A DNA stretch of 64,000 bases from Paramoeba atlantica (Eukaryota; Protista; Discosea). Under the pieces are notes generated by a model. The model saw nothing but the letters and a program-made list of their open reading frames with translations. It searched no databases and was not told the DNA's origin. Positions 52,458-61,900 of this stretch are shown here, piece after piece. The first letter of the stretch is position 1. Each line of letters opens with the position of its first letter. The DNA is taken from the NCBI GenBank assembly GCA_977017575.1, contig CDRNVI010000007.1, positions 1 to 64,000 of the forward strand. Reading direction: 5' to 3'. A program made the translations under genes and the position numbers.

Positions 52458-53639
52458 GTAATGACCACGCTGGTGTATACGGGCATCTAGCGCCCACGGG
52501 TCCATCCTTACAACACAAGATGCTCGAGATCAAAATTGCAGGACCGATTTTATAGACCCTTGCTATAGACGATTAGAAACCACTAGAAATTAGAATCTCC
52601 CCCTCCTTGCAAATGAAAACGTACTTCTTAGAAATGGATGACTGTGGATTCAAAGAAGAAAAGTTACCTCTCGGTCTCTGTTGACGTTTTTTGCACTTCC
52701 TTTAGTTTCTTGCCCTTTCCTACTATCCCCCCCCCACTTAAGCGCAACCAGGTTTTGGCCTAAAATTGCGCATAAGTAGTCGAGTCAAAGAAAAAGGGTG
52801 AAAAAAAAATTTCGCGTCGCTTCGCGGCGCGTGTTTCAATCATGAGTTATATACGCGGGGTGCCCTGGGGGCTGCTTTTTATATACTATCCCCCCTATCC
52901 TAGCGTGGCTGGGTTGGGATGAAATGCAACGCTAGGAGGCGGGGCAAAAACTCGTGCCGAAGAATTGCTAAGCCGAAGATGTTGTGGGATTACTGAGAGG
53001 GTTGAAACCTACGAAAGGCAAAAACTGGCAAAACCCGCGAAGTCCACTCTGACGTAGTGAAGAAAAGTACTTAGTCAAAAATAGTGAAGAATAGTTGACC
53101 TCCGTCGTGCCCTTACTGAAATTATTCTGATATTCTTTTTTCTCAGTAAAAATCACCCTATCTAATAATTAGCGGACACCCGCCTTCCTCCACTCTTTTA
53201 CCGCTGAGGATAGTATCACGGACTCTGATAACATTATAATAATGAACGAATAAATTATTCGTTCTGATTAAACATTTTCTTGTCCATCCGATTGGAATAT
53301 TTGCGAAACCTTCTCTTGGAAGTTTGTTCATCGTGTATGAGTTTCAACTTTTTTCGTTTTTCCTCCGAATTTCACTTTTCGTTAGCTTTGTATATGTTAC
53401 ATCCGATTTCTTGGCATGTGCTGGGCACTTTCCTACATTACTGATCCCAGAAATGTAAAGTTCTCGCTTTATACTGTCGCGGTAATCTTTTATTGCTTCT
53501 TTGTCTCTAGCATCATCCTTAAAAAATGTACACAAACAATCTGGCCTTGATTTCCACTCGTTTACAAACTTCGACTCAGCATCTAACATAACCACCGTGT
53601 CGCGGTACAATTCTCGCTTGCAAAATTTCCACCGAAAGG

Positions 53640-54411
53640 TCAGGGACTTAGACTGGTAATAGTACCAGTCCAAAGCAGTCCAAAGCCGGATTTGACAAAA
53701 TCAATGCGGTGTTGATTATAGTGAAGAATTTTGTGGTGATCTATATAAGCAAAAAAGCGTTCGATCCGATTTCTTATTCGCCGAAACTCCATGTCGAATT
53801 GTTCATCAATGTCATTACCCTTTTCTTGGCATAGCCAATGTCGTACGTTTATAAAGTTTATATGCCTTATCGGCCATAATTAACTCATCTTTTTTATGCG
53901 AAAATCCAGGGATCGAAGAGTTTGCGAAACATTCGCTATCGTGCATCCGCCCTTCAAATGGTCCGCTCCATGCTAAAGGACACCCGTCCATCATAATTAA
54001 AACTTGAAAAGTCCAGTATTTAGCCGAGTGCTTTCCATTGTAGAGTTCTTTTGGTCCCCTACTGTACATGGGAACTCCGTCAAGTATTGATGTGCAGAGA
54101 ACAAAGTGTGGTTCACGGACCAAAAAGCGTCGCTCTGTTTCAGCAAGGTTGCCTGCAATGTCAGATGCATTCAACGCAGGCCGAATAAACTTTTTCCACA
54201 CGTACGTAGAGGAATAATGTTTACCCAAATATGGTATGAGAACGTCAGCTGTTTGCTCGTGCGTTAGATTCAAATGCAGCATCGTAAGTGCACTAAAAAC
54301 TTGAACATTAGTGCAATTAAGCCGAGACGCAAGTTGCGAAATAACTTCCGGGGAATATCCAGTAAATCCATGTGCAACGTTAGACCAAGGAAGAAGGCAA
54401 ATCTGTGACAT
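53640..54411 (-). pseudogene. Harbinger/ISL2EU-type (DDE_Tnp_4) transposase, frameshifted
   Basis: ILDG, YNGKHS, GP.EGRMHD and IMADKAY motifs; after a +1 shift near 53815 it continues ...RIRNRIERFF; ORF 53344..53673 may be a further shifted tail. Confidence 0.85.
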
Positions 54412-54588
54412 CGTGAAGATATAAAGCTAATAAATGCCATAAATTATAGGAAGAAATAGAAAAATAGAGTATACAAACATAGGATGATAGAAATATAGTA
54501 GGAAACATAGAAATACATTGAGACAAAAGTATGAGCTTACGTTACGTTCTTCATTTCCCGCTTTCTTTACTGTACTATGCGTTCAAAT

Positions 54589-55525
54589 TTATTGTAATCC
54601 CGTAGGATCGTAAGACTTTCGCTTCTTCACCTTCATTCCTTCCCCATGGACTTCACCCATGCTTTCAGTCGTCTGCTTGATACTCAGAATTTCAAGATGG
54701 ATCACTTTTTTCCGTAGAGCAAGTACTTCATCCCGCAATTCTCCGACCTCTCTTTGCACCTTGAACTCTACAAGAATCTCATCCGTGCGGCTACAAGTTT
54801 CTTGCATCTTCTCCTTAAGATTTTTACTGCGATCGCGGTGCACTCTGCCGTATTCAATAGTCCCACCTCGTAGGCTACGCCACATCGTCTTGAACCATTG
54901 AATCACAACCTCCCGATCCCGCTTGCTATCTTCATATACCCCACCATAACACTTCTTCAAAAATTCCATCATATGATTTGTGATGGCATCAAAAGGAACT
55001 TCACTGACACCTAAGTTCCAAGTCTGTTTCGTCTGATTCCAGCGCCAGTGTCCGGGCATTTCCGCTTCCTTCACGCCATGTATTTCCTACATTTCGGCGT
55101 CTTAAAAAAAGAAGTCCTGCTTCTCGCGCCTTCGTCAAAAGGAGGAGTCCCTGCAACAAAATGTCAATGTCGATTGGGACATTGCATAATGACTTGAGAA
55201 CATTGCTCTCCGGATCAGAGAGTTGGCGAATGCGCGTAGTTATCCACTGTGCGCACATCTCAATGATGTTATCCTCCATTCGCTGGGTAAGATCAGGGGG
55301 AAGAAGACGGTCCAGGGCGTATTTGATGGCATTCTTCTCGACACTACTCATGCGTAGCCATTCGAGAGAAGTTTCTGACCTCTTCAAGGGTATTCGAAAG
55401 GTATGTCGTATCGCATACGACACCCATTTCCGCAGGGGTGCATACTTTTCAGAGTCAGGGGAGTCGATTCCTTCCTCAATGTACTCATCGTCCCCCGGAG
55501 GAAAGTCATACTCCAACATGATCAC
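54589..55525 (-). pseudogene. Putative second (accessory) gene of the Harbinger-like element, in two overlapping ORFs
   Basis: ORFs 55001..55525 and 54589..55074 lie inside the TIRs on the transposase strand; the second has a coiled-coil; no Myb/SANT motif confidently seen. Confidence 0.4.
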
Positions 55526-56456
55526 TTAGTTTGAAAGAAATCAATACGAACGATCAGTCATATAACGCCATTTCGTATATTCCGCCAAGTTCGGATACTT
55601 TCTGAAAAGAAAAACAAATCAACTTTGAAAAAACCATGACATAAAAAAGAGTTTTTCAAAATCGTTTCACATATTGTGTTTTGAGAGTTTGGGACCTTTA
55701 CTAGCTTTCTACGCCGTTGTTTTCACAAAATACCCCTTCTTGAAGCCGTGGCACGCCTCCCAAAGTGACCCCCCCAAAATAGGTGTCCAGGCAAAACCTG
55801 GCAAAACCCGGCAAAACCTGACAGGTTTCAACCCTCTGAGGAACATTTTCAAAAAAATCGCTGTTCACGGTACATTTTTACCATACGTTTTTACCTTCGC
55901 GGCAAGAGACAGTCTAAAAAGCAACACTAATGAGGGGGGCTAACGAGGCAGCGCTAGGATAGGGGGGATAGTACTGTACCCCCCCCTAGTTATCTGTCAC
56001 AACATTCCGTGGAAAGGTGTACAGATCGGTGGGGGTCAGTGTGGATCAGAGGAGATCGATGAAGATCATTTTTGAACGTCCAAAGGGACTACTTGAAGAC
56101 TCTCCATTTCAATAGCGGCGAAAATTGGTACAAAAATTCGTACTACAAAAAAAAATCGCGCCGCTTTGCGGCGCCGTTCTTCTGAACGATGCGTCAAAAT
56201 TGCGCTTAAGTGGCCGGGTCAAACGGTTGCGCATAAGTAGGGGGGGGCAGTAATATTACTCCCCCCCCTATCCTAGCTTTGCCCCGGTACCCCCCCTCCT
56301 AGCGTTGCTTTTGAAGATGACTAATCCAGCCGCGAAGCGGCGGGTTTTTTTTTTGTTCTTTTTTGCCGAGTTCTATATTCATGAAGACATTTTTTTATCG
56401 ATTTCAACAATTTATCAATCCCATGTTATTACTGTCATTAGCCATTAGTCTCACTA

Positions 56457-56506
56457 ATGGCTATATTACCATGGCTATATTACCATGGCTATATTACCAT
56501 GGCTAT
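56457..56506 (+). repeat. 14-bp minisatellite (ATTACCATGGCTAT), left of the retroelement
   Basis: Three full units at 56465-56506 plus a partial unit. Confidence 0.95.
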
Positions 56507-56532
56507 AAAGATACAGTTTCTGTACCTTGTTG
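56502..56532 (+). other. Spliced-leader exon-like sequence at the retroelement 5' junction
   Basis: GCTATAAAGATACAGTTTCTGTACCTTGTTG; 27/28 identical to the 38298 exon; followed by AATT, not a GT donor. Confidence 0.85.
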
Positions 56533-56578
56533 AATTATTTTCAATTTCGTACTAACTGTTACCTTCCCCCATTGGGGC

Positions 56579-59500
56579 ATGACACTTCACCCTCCTACCC
56601 CGCCCCCCCTAGCGCCAGGCGACCTCCCTCGAGGATCTGCCAGCGCGCCCCCACCTCGAGAGAAAAGCTTCCGCTTCACCCAGAATCGGGCAGTATCCCT
56701 ACGTCTCAGAAACTCGGAGTCTCCACACTGGCTTTACTTCCCCGACACGCACGCGGCAGCCTTATTCCTAACTGAGAAGGACCATTTCCAAGCGGAAATC
56801 ACAGCGGAGCTTTCCCTCGCACGAACTCTCTCATCAGGAGCGAAGCGCTCCGACGGAATCGTGGTCCAAAGATGCACTTTGAACGACGTTATGGACCACA
56901 AAGCATGCGATTTCTTCCTCTTCCGCGAAACTTCGGCGCCATATTCGATCTACCGACACACAAGTTGGGCCTCAGCGTATAATGACAAAGACATGAAGCT
57001 CGACCAGGATTATTCCTCAGCGGGATCCCTAGGACGGGCCATACAAAAACGACTCAACGGACGTGTAATACCCTCACTGGCCCGCTTCGCAATATCACAT
57101 GTCTCCCCTGAGCCGCAACAAGACGCAGATATCGGGTGGACCAAGCCGAAAATCCAATTTGACGAACCCTACCGAATCCTCCCCACACGGAACACCCCCG
57201 CAGAATCGGTCCCTACATCAGCACGCACCGAACCTTGCGCACACCGTTGCTTCAATAAAATGAGATGCAAACATCCCTGCTGCAAAATCACCGACCCGGA
57301 AAGCGGAAATCCTCATTTACCTGAACCCGTAAGCGCAGCTATGCAGGTACCAACCACAACTGACTCCCCTAGCGAGCCGCATGCAGAAAATCTCACTCCA
57401 GCACCACTTCCCTCCACGCCAAGCAGCCCTCCCACCTCGGTGACGCATCGGCCCTGCAAGCACATATGCCGAGATAAAGCGAATTGCAAACATCGATGCT
57501 GCAAGGTGGGAGTCCCCATCTCCCCTCGTCCTCACCCAGAACGGGCAACGGCAACTCCTCTCACACCCTCCCTTGACGGGCGGAGCACCCGAACCGTCCA
57601 ATCAGCACTACATGAACCCCGTGCGTACCAGAGCCGTGAAACCAGGCGTGCGCACGACTACGACAGCGATAGAGCCTCGGAAACGCGCCCCTCTGCAGCC
57701 CGTTGGTCCCTGAGGAGTCTCATACCGTGGACCTCACAAAGTGAGCGAGCGCAGCTCTCTGACAACGTGACAACCGAGGCCCATGCAGCAAATGCCCCAC
57801 TAGAAGACACTAACCCTCATGTCACAGCACTTCCCGATCCACTGCCGATTCCCAACAACTCCACACCTGCCCTTAGCAATGAGGTACAAGTCAATAGACG
57901 ACCGTGTCTGCATAAATGCCAGGACAAAGCCCGATGCCTACACAAGTGCTGCAAAGAAGGAGTACTAGTTTCCGCGCGGCCCTCATCCGCTGAATCGTCA
58001 TGCTGGAGTCTTCGAAGTCTATTCCTAGGGTCACGACCCCCAGCAGAGAGACAGATCAACCCCGACGGATCCGTGCAAAACATCAGTATTTCCAGAAGTC
58101 AAAACTCTCGCCTCAACCAATCCACGGAAGAGACACCAACCACCACGCCGACAACCACATCGACGACCTCAAGCAGCCAGACGCGATCCACCGGTCAGAG
58201 AAACTCGATCTCGTCGGGGGATGAGAACGATCAACCAACTCCCAACTCACCCCAATTGATAAGGAACCCTGAGAACCAGCCTGAACCGCCACTGCTTCGA
58301 TCTTCCCGCTCTCTGATGGCTAATGCGAACCGATCGAGGGCCGCAACGTCCCGATTGGAGAACGTGCAGGATACACCCGGAACTCTTCTATCGACACTAC
58401 GCACCATAGAAGGAGGCCGCATCATGATACATCTTTCCTCTGCACAGTGGCAGCGCACGGAGGAAAAGGCACTGGAAAGATGTACCAAATTTCTGAGTCC
58501 CGCAGAGAGTGCCGACGAGGCTACCGCACAAGCAGAACTACTCACGGCATGTCTCGCGGTGTCGGCATACGAGGTGGCCAGCGAGGCAGACCCTACCGGG
58601 GGATTCCGTATTAGAACAAACGCGCGTCACAACCGTCGCAGAACACGCCCCCTGGCAGCGGAGCGCTCGGCCAAGCAGCTTGAAACTCACGTTCGACAAC
58701 TGAAAGCAACACTGCGATATACCCACGGACGGGCCGAGAGGAACCACGTCAAGGGTCAACTGAAAGAGGCTGTAAAACTTCAGAAGGTCTACATGGCAGA
58801 AGGAGAAGCGCAGCGACTGGAGATGGCTCAGCGCTGGGCCCACACAAGATTTCAAAGGAATCCCTGGACGGCAGGTAGTGAATGTATTGATAACCACGAA
58901 AAAGAAGCACAGCAACGTAATGGGAAGCATCCAGACATCGGCCCCGCCGAAGTAGAGTCCTATTTCAGGGGCTCTATGGAAACAACTCAGGAATGTGGAC
59001 TTCCTCCAACAGAGCTTCTGGGCCCCCAGGCGGATAGAGACATGACATGGGAAGCAATAGATAGCGCCACGATCGCAGCCGCTGTATCATCGAAGCGCCA
59101 TACAGCGGCACCAGGCTCTGACACCGTTAGCAATGCGCTGCTAAAGCGCTGCCCCGCGCTACACCCTTTCTTAGCCCAATCGTTTAACGACCTCTTCAAA
59201 TTTGGGGTCTGTCCCGACAACTGGAAGAAAGCGGTTACCCTTCTTGTGCATAAAAGTGGCCCTACGCAGAACGTTTCCAACTGGCGGCCCATAAGCCTTA
59301 CGAGCTGTCTCGGGAAACTCTTCCACAGCATTGTCAGCCACCGGATTCAGGAACATGTCACAGGATCGGGAGTAATAGATACTACAATCCAGAAGGGATT
59401 CCTGCCTGGTGTGAATGGCTGTATCGAACATACCCAAGCGCTTTGTGAACTTCTTGACCACCAACGGCAACACAAACGCCAATACTGCCTTGGACAGTAC

Positions 59501-61315
59501 GACCTCAAAAATGCCTTTGGTTCACTCCCACACTGTGTGCTCTTCTCTGCCCTGGAATGGGCTCGCCTCCCCACCAACGTTATCACGTACATTCGAGCCC
59601 TGTACACGGGAGCTTCCATGCAAGTGAAGTGTGCAGAGGGATTGACCGGAGATATCTCTATAACACGTGGCGTTCTCCAAGGCGATACCTTATCTCCTGT
59701 TCTCTTTCTCATCGCAATGGAAGTGGTCCTTCGGTACCTCCGATCTAGCCTGCCAAAATATGGTATTGTATGGGACACGCGAGAAACCTTCATAAAAGCG
59801 TTTGCTGATGACCTAACCCTTGTCACGAGCACCCCTGACGAATTACAGCGGGCGACCAACGTTCTGCACCGGGTTCTCACCACTATGGGGCTCCGGCTGA
59901 ACGTCGGGAAGTGCCGAGTGCAACACATGGCAGTCCTCAACGGAGGTTACAAGACACATCGCCCTCGCATAGTCGCGGATGGGCAGGTAATTCCACATAT
60001 CTGTGACAAGGGAAGTCTCTTTCTCGGAATGACGCTAGCTCCTGGGGCACAACAAGGAAAAGTTCTATTCAAAACCCTGCAATGTAAGTTGCGGAAGTGG
60101 CTCGGAAACATTACGGAAAGCGCATTTGATCAAGCAGCGAAAATGTGGATCTACAATAACGCAATAATTTCCCGTCTCCGGTACGTCCTGACTGTGAACA
60201 CAGGGATCACTTTCAACTATATCCTCCGTCTCCAAAAGTTGGCCACAAACCAAATCAGGAAATGGCTTAACGTTGCGAAAACGGCCACAAGTGAACTCTT
60301 CTACTCTGAGCGCGGCTGGCGGATGATGAGCATCTCTAAGCTTTGGCTGCAGTGTACGGCCACAGCCATCTCGCAAATGTCCAAATCTCGTGACCCAGCG
60401 GTACAGTACGCATTACGACACAGGATAGCCAACGAGCAACGTAGACGCTCATCAGGACATGTGAGGCCCGCAGCGAGGTTCTATGATATGCGGGATGACC
60501 CCGATAACCTCCGAAGAACAATTAACGATGAGTATGAAAGGCACTTGATCGAGTCAGTACAACGCCGCACCACCATAGCCTGCGAATGGTTTCAAATGGC
60601 TACAGAAAGCGACCTAGCGAAAGACTTCGCTTCTGCCCTATGTAATATCAAAAGCTCCTCCCTCTCTCGCTTCGCGGCATCCGTGCTCACTCAAACTCCA
60701 CTTCCTACGCGTTCCTCTCTCCGCCGGTGGGGCATATCGTCACACACGAACGTCACATGTCCAATTTGTGGCGAAGCGACCCAGACCCCGCGCCACATCT
60801 TAACAGGCTGCAAAGTGTCCCTTGAGCAAGGACGGTATACATACCGCCATGATCTTATACTACTTGCCCTTGCAGACGCTGTTGCCAACTCTCCCACCAC
60901 ATCCTCGTACCACTTTGACGTGGACCTGTACCGCAACTCTCCTCCCTGGCTCTCGCACGGAACTGAACTGAGACCAGATGGATGGGTGCGGCTGCACAAC
61001 GGGTCCGAGTACATAATTGAACTTACATCCCCATGGGAAGAGAACTTGGAATACGCCCACGAACGGAAGGTTCGTAAGTACACACATCTTTACACGCAGC
61101 GCAGGCTAGCGAATCCGTCGACCTTTCTCCTGGTTTTTGAAGTTGGTGCGAGAGGAAAGCTGAACTCCTCCGCACGTGCGATAAACTCCCTCTTTGGAAC
61201 TAAGGCTGAAGCCTCCAAGTGTAGGGAAAAACTAGTGCAGCGAGCACTACTAGGAAGTTTCCATATATACCAACAACGGGAGAACCCCAACTGGTATATG
61301 CCAAGCTTCCAATGA
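56579..61315 (+). CDS. Retrotransposon polyprotein: 3 zinc-finger motifs, reverse transcriptase, CCHC knuckle, restriction-like endonuclease
   Basis: APGSD, WRPISL, QKGF, DLKNAFGS, GVLQGDTLSP and FADD; CPICG..QTPRHILTGC, RHD, RPD and ELTSPWEEN..AHERK..KY. Confidence 0.96.
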   Translation: MTLHPPTPPPLAPGDLPRGSASAPPPREKSFRFTQNRAVSLRLRNSESPHWLYFPDTHAAALFLTEKDHFQAEITAELSLARTLSSGAKRSDGIVVQRCTLNDVMDHKACDFFLFRETSAPYSIYRHTSWASAYNDKDMKLDQDYSSAGSLGRAIQKRLNGRVIPSLARFAISHVSPEPQQDADIGWTKPKIQFDEPYRILPTRNTPAESVPTSARTEPCAHRCFNKMRCKHPCCKITDPESGNPHLPEPVSAAMQVPTTTDSPSEPHAENLTPAPLPSTPSSPPTSVTHRPCKHICRDKANCKHRCCKVGVPISPRPHPERATATPLTPSLDGRSTRTVQSALHEPRAYQSRETRRAHDYDSDRASETRPSAARWSLRSLIPWTSQSERAQLSDNVTTEAHAANAPLEDTNPHVTALPDPLPIPNNSTPALSNEVQVNRRPCLHKCQDKARCLHKCCKEGVLVSARPSSAESSCWSLRSLFLGSRPPAERQINPDGSVQNISISRSQNSRLNQSTEETPTTTPTTTSTTSSSQTRSTGQRNSISSGDENDQPTPNSPQLIRNPENQPEPPLLRSSRSLMANANRSRAATSRLENVQDTPGTLLSTLRTIEGGRIMIHLSSAQWQRTEEKALERCTKFLSPAESADEATAQAELLTACLAVSAYEVASEADPTGGFRIRTNARHNRRRTRPLAAERSAKQLETHVRQLKATLRYTHGRAERNHVKGQLKEAVKLQKVYMAEGEAQRLEMAQRWAHTRFQRNPWTAGSECIDNHEKEAQQRNGKHPDIGPAEVESYFRGSMETTQECGLPPTELLGPQADRDMTWEAIDSATIAAAVSSKRHTAAPGSDTVSNALLKRCPALHPFLAQSFNDLFKFGVCPDNWKKAVTLLVHKSGPTQNVSNWRPISLTSCLGKLFHSIVSHRIQEHVTGSGVIDTTIQKGFLPGVNGCIEHTQALCELLDHQRQHKRQYCLGQYDLKNAFGSLPHCVLFSALEWARLPTNVITYIRALYTGASMQVKCAEGLTGDISITRGVLQGDTLSPVLFLIAMEVVLRYLRSSLPKYGIVWDTRETFIKAFADDLTLVTSTPDELQRATNVLHRVLTTMGLRLNVGKCRVQHMAVLNGGYKTHRPRIVADGQVIPHICDKGSLFLGMTLAPGAQQGKVLFKTLQCKLRKWLGNITESAFDQAAKMWIYNNAIISRLRYVLTVNTGITFNYILRLQKLATNQIRKWLNVAKTATSELFYSERGWRMMSISKLWLQCTATAISQMSKSRDPAVQYALRHRIANEQRRRSSGHVRPAARFYDMRDDPDNLRRTINDEYERHLIESVQRRTTIACEWFQMATESDLAKDFASALCNIKSSSLSRFAASVLTQTPLPTRSSLRRWGISSHTNVTCPICGEATQTPRHILTGCKVSLEQGRYTYRHDLILLALADAVANSPTTSSYHFDVDLYRNSPPWLSHGTELRPDGWVRLHNGSEYIIELTSPWEENLEYAHERKVRKYTHLYTQRRLANPSTFLLVFEVGARGKLNSSARAINSLFGTKAEASKCREKLVQRALLGSFHIYQQRENPNWYMPSFQ

Positions 61316-61415
61316 GGTGGGCATGTCAGAAGAAGAAGTGCGTTTTGGGCGCACTAAAGGGATACACCCGATCTTCTTCTGTTTTAATCTCTGCAGTTTA
61401 CTGCATGATAATCAC

Positions 61416-61451
61416 ATTACCATGGCTATATTACCATGGCTATATTACCAT
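61416..61451 (+). repeat. 14-bp minisatellite (ATTACCATGGCTAT), right of the retroelement
   Basis: Two full units plus ATTACCAT. Confidence 0.95.
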
Positions 61452-61900
61452 CTTAGAACCGTCATCGACATGTCTAAAGTTTCACTTGAAAATCGTGGCC
61501 CGATGAGCAAGTACATTATTCGAAATCCCCCATTGGTGTGGGTTTTTACTCCCCCGCCCCCTCCTAGCGTTGCTTTTCACCAAAACCAGGCAACGCTAGG
61601 ATAGGGGGGGGAGAGTACCCCGTTTGCAGTCAGTTAAAAAAGGTATATACTACTAAAAAATTGAGCCCGAGAAGTGAACCTAGTGAAGCCAGTTTCATTA
61701 TGAAACTGACACTTTAAAGTTCATTGTGATAGATTAACTTTCATAGAAATGGTATCGTACAAAAATATACTTCAAATCCGGAGGAGAAGAACTTGAACCT
61801 CTAATTCGGACCTTTTCTTTGAAATGTTGAAGCCCCAAGGCTACTTTACATGCCTCCGCATTTCTGACTTTGTTTTCGTTGCGTACAACGAAATGTCTCC

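Larger units (their letters stand above)
52997..55836 (-). mobile_element. PIF/Harbinger-like DNA transposon (degenerate), 3-bp target duplication
   Basis: TGA then GAGGGTTGAAAC...GTTTCAACCCTC then TGA; contains DDE_Tnp_4-type transposase remnants and upstream ORFs. Confidence 0.85.
52886..55971. mobile_element. MITE family A (reverse orientation) interrupted by the Harbinger-like element
   Basis: TA then CTATCCCCCCTATCCTAGCG ... CGCTAGGATAGGGGGGATAG then TA; arms match 9045..9212. Confidence 0.85.
52723..56250. mobile_element. MITE family C expanded by nested insertions
   Basis: TA then CTATCCCCCCCCCACTTAAGCGCAACC ... GGTTGCGCATAAGTAGGGGGGGGCAG then TA; hairpins at 52816 and 56160. Confidence 0.7.
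56502..61415 (+). mobile_element. Full-length RLE-type non-LTR retrotransposon (HERO/NeSL-like)
   Basis: Single intact ORF flanked on both sides by ATTACCATGGCTAT units; no poly(A) seen. Confidence 0.92.
56259..61615. mobile_element. MITE family A hosting the non-LTR retrotransposon
   Basis: TA then CTCCCCCCCCTATCCTAGC with hairpin 56329-56341; right arm ...GCAACGCTAGGATAGGGGGGGGAGAG then TA matches 9150-9212. Confidence 0.8.

Noticed and set aside
56579-61315. Assigning the retroelement to SLACS/CZAR/CRE
   Set aside because: No SL duplication or intron at the 3' junction, no poly(A), and the endonuclease motifs look HERO-like; phylogeny is needed
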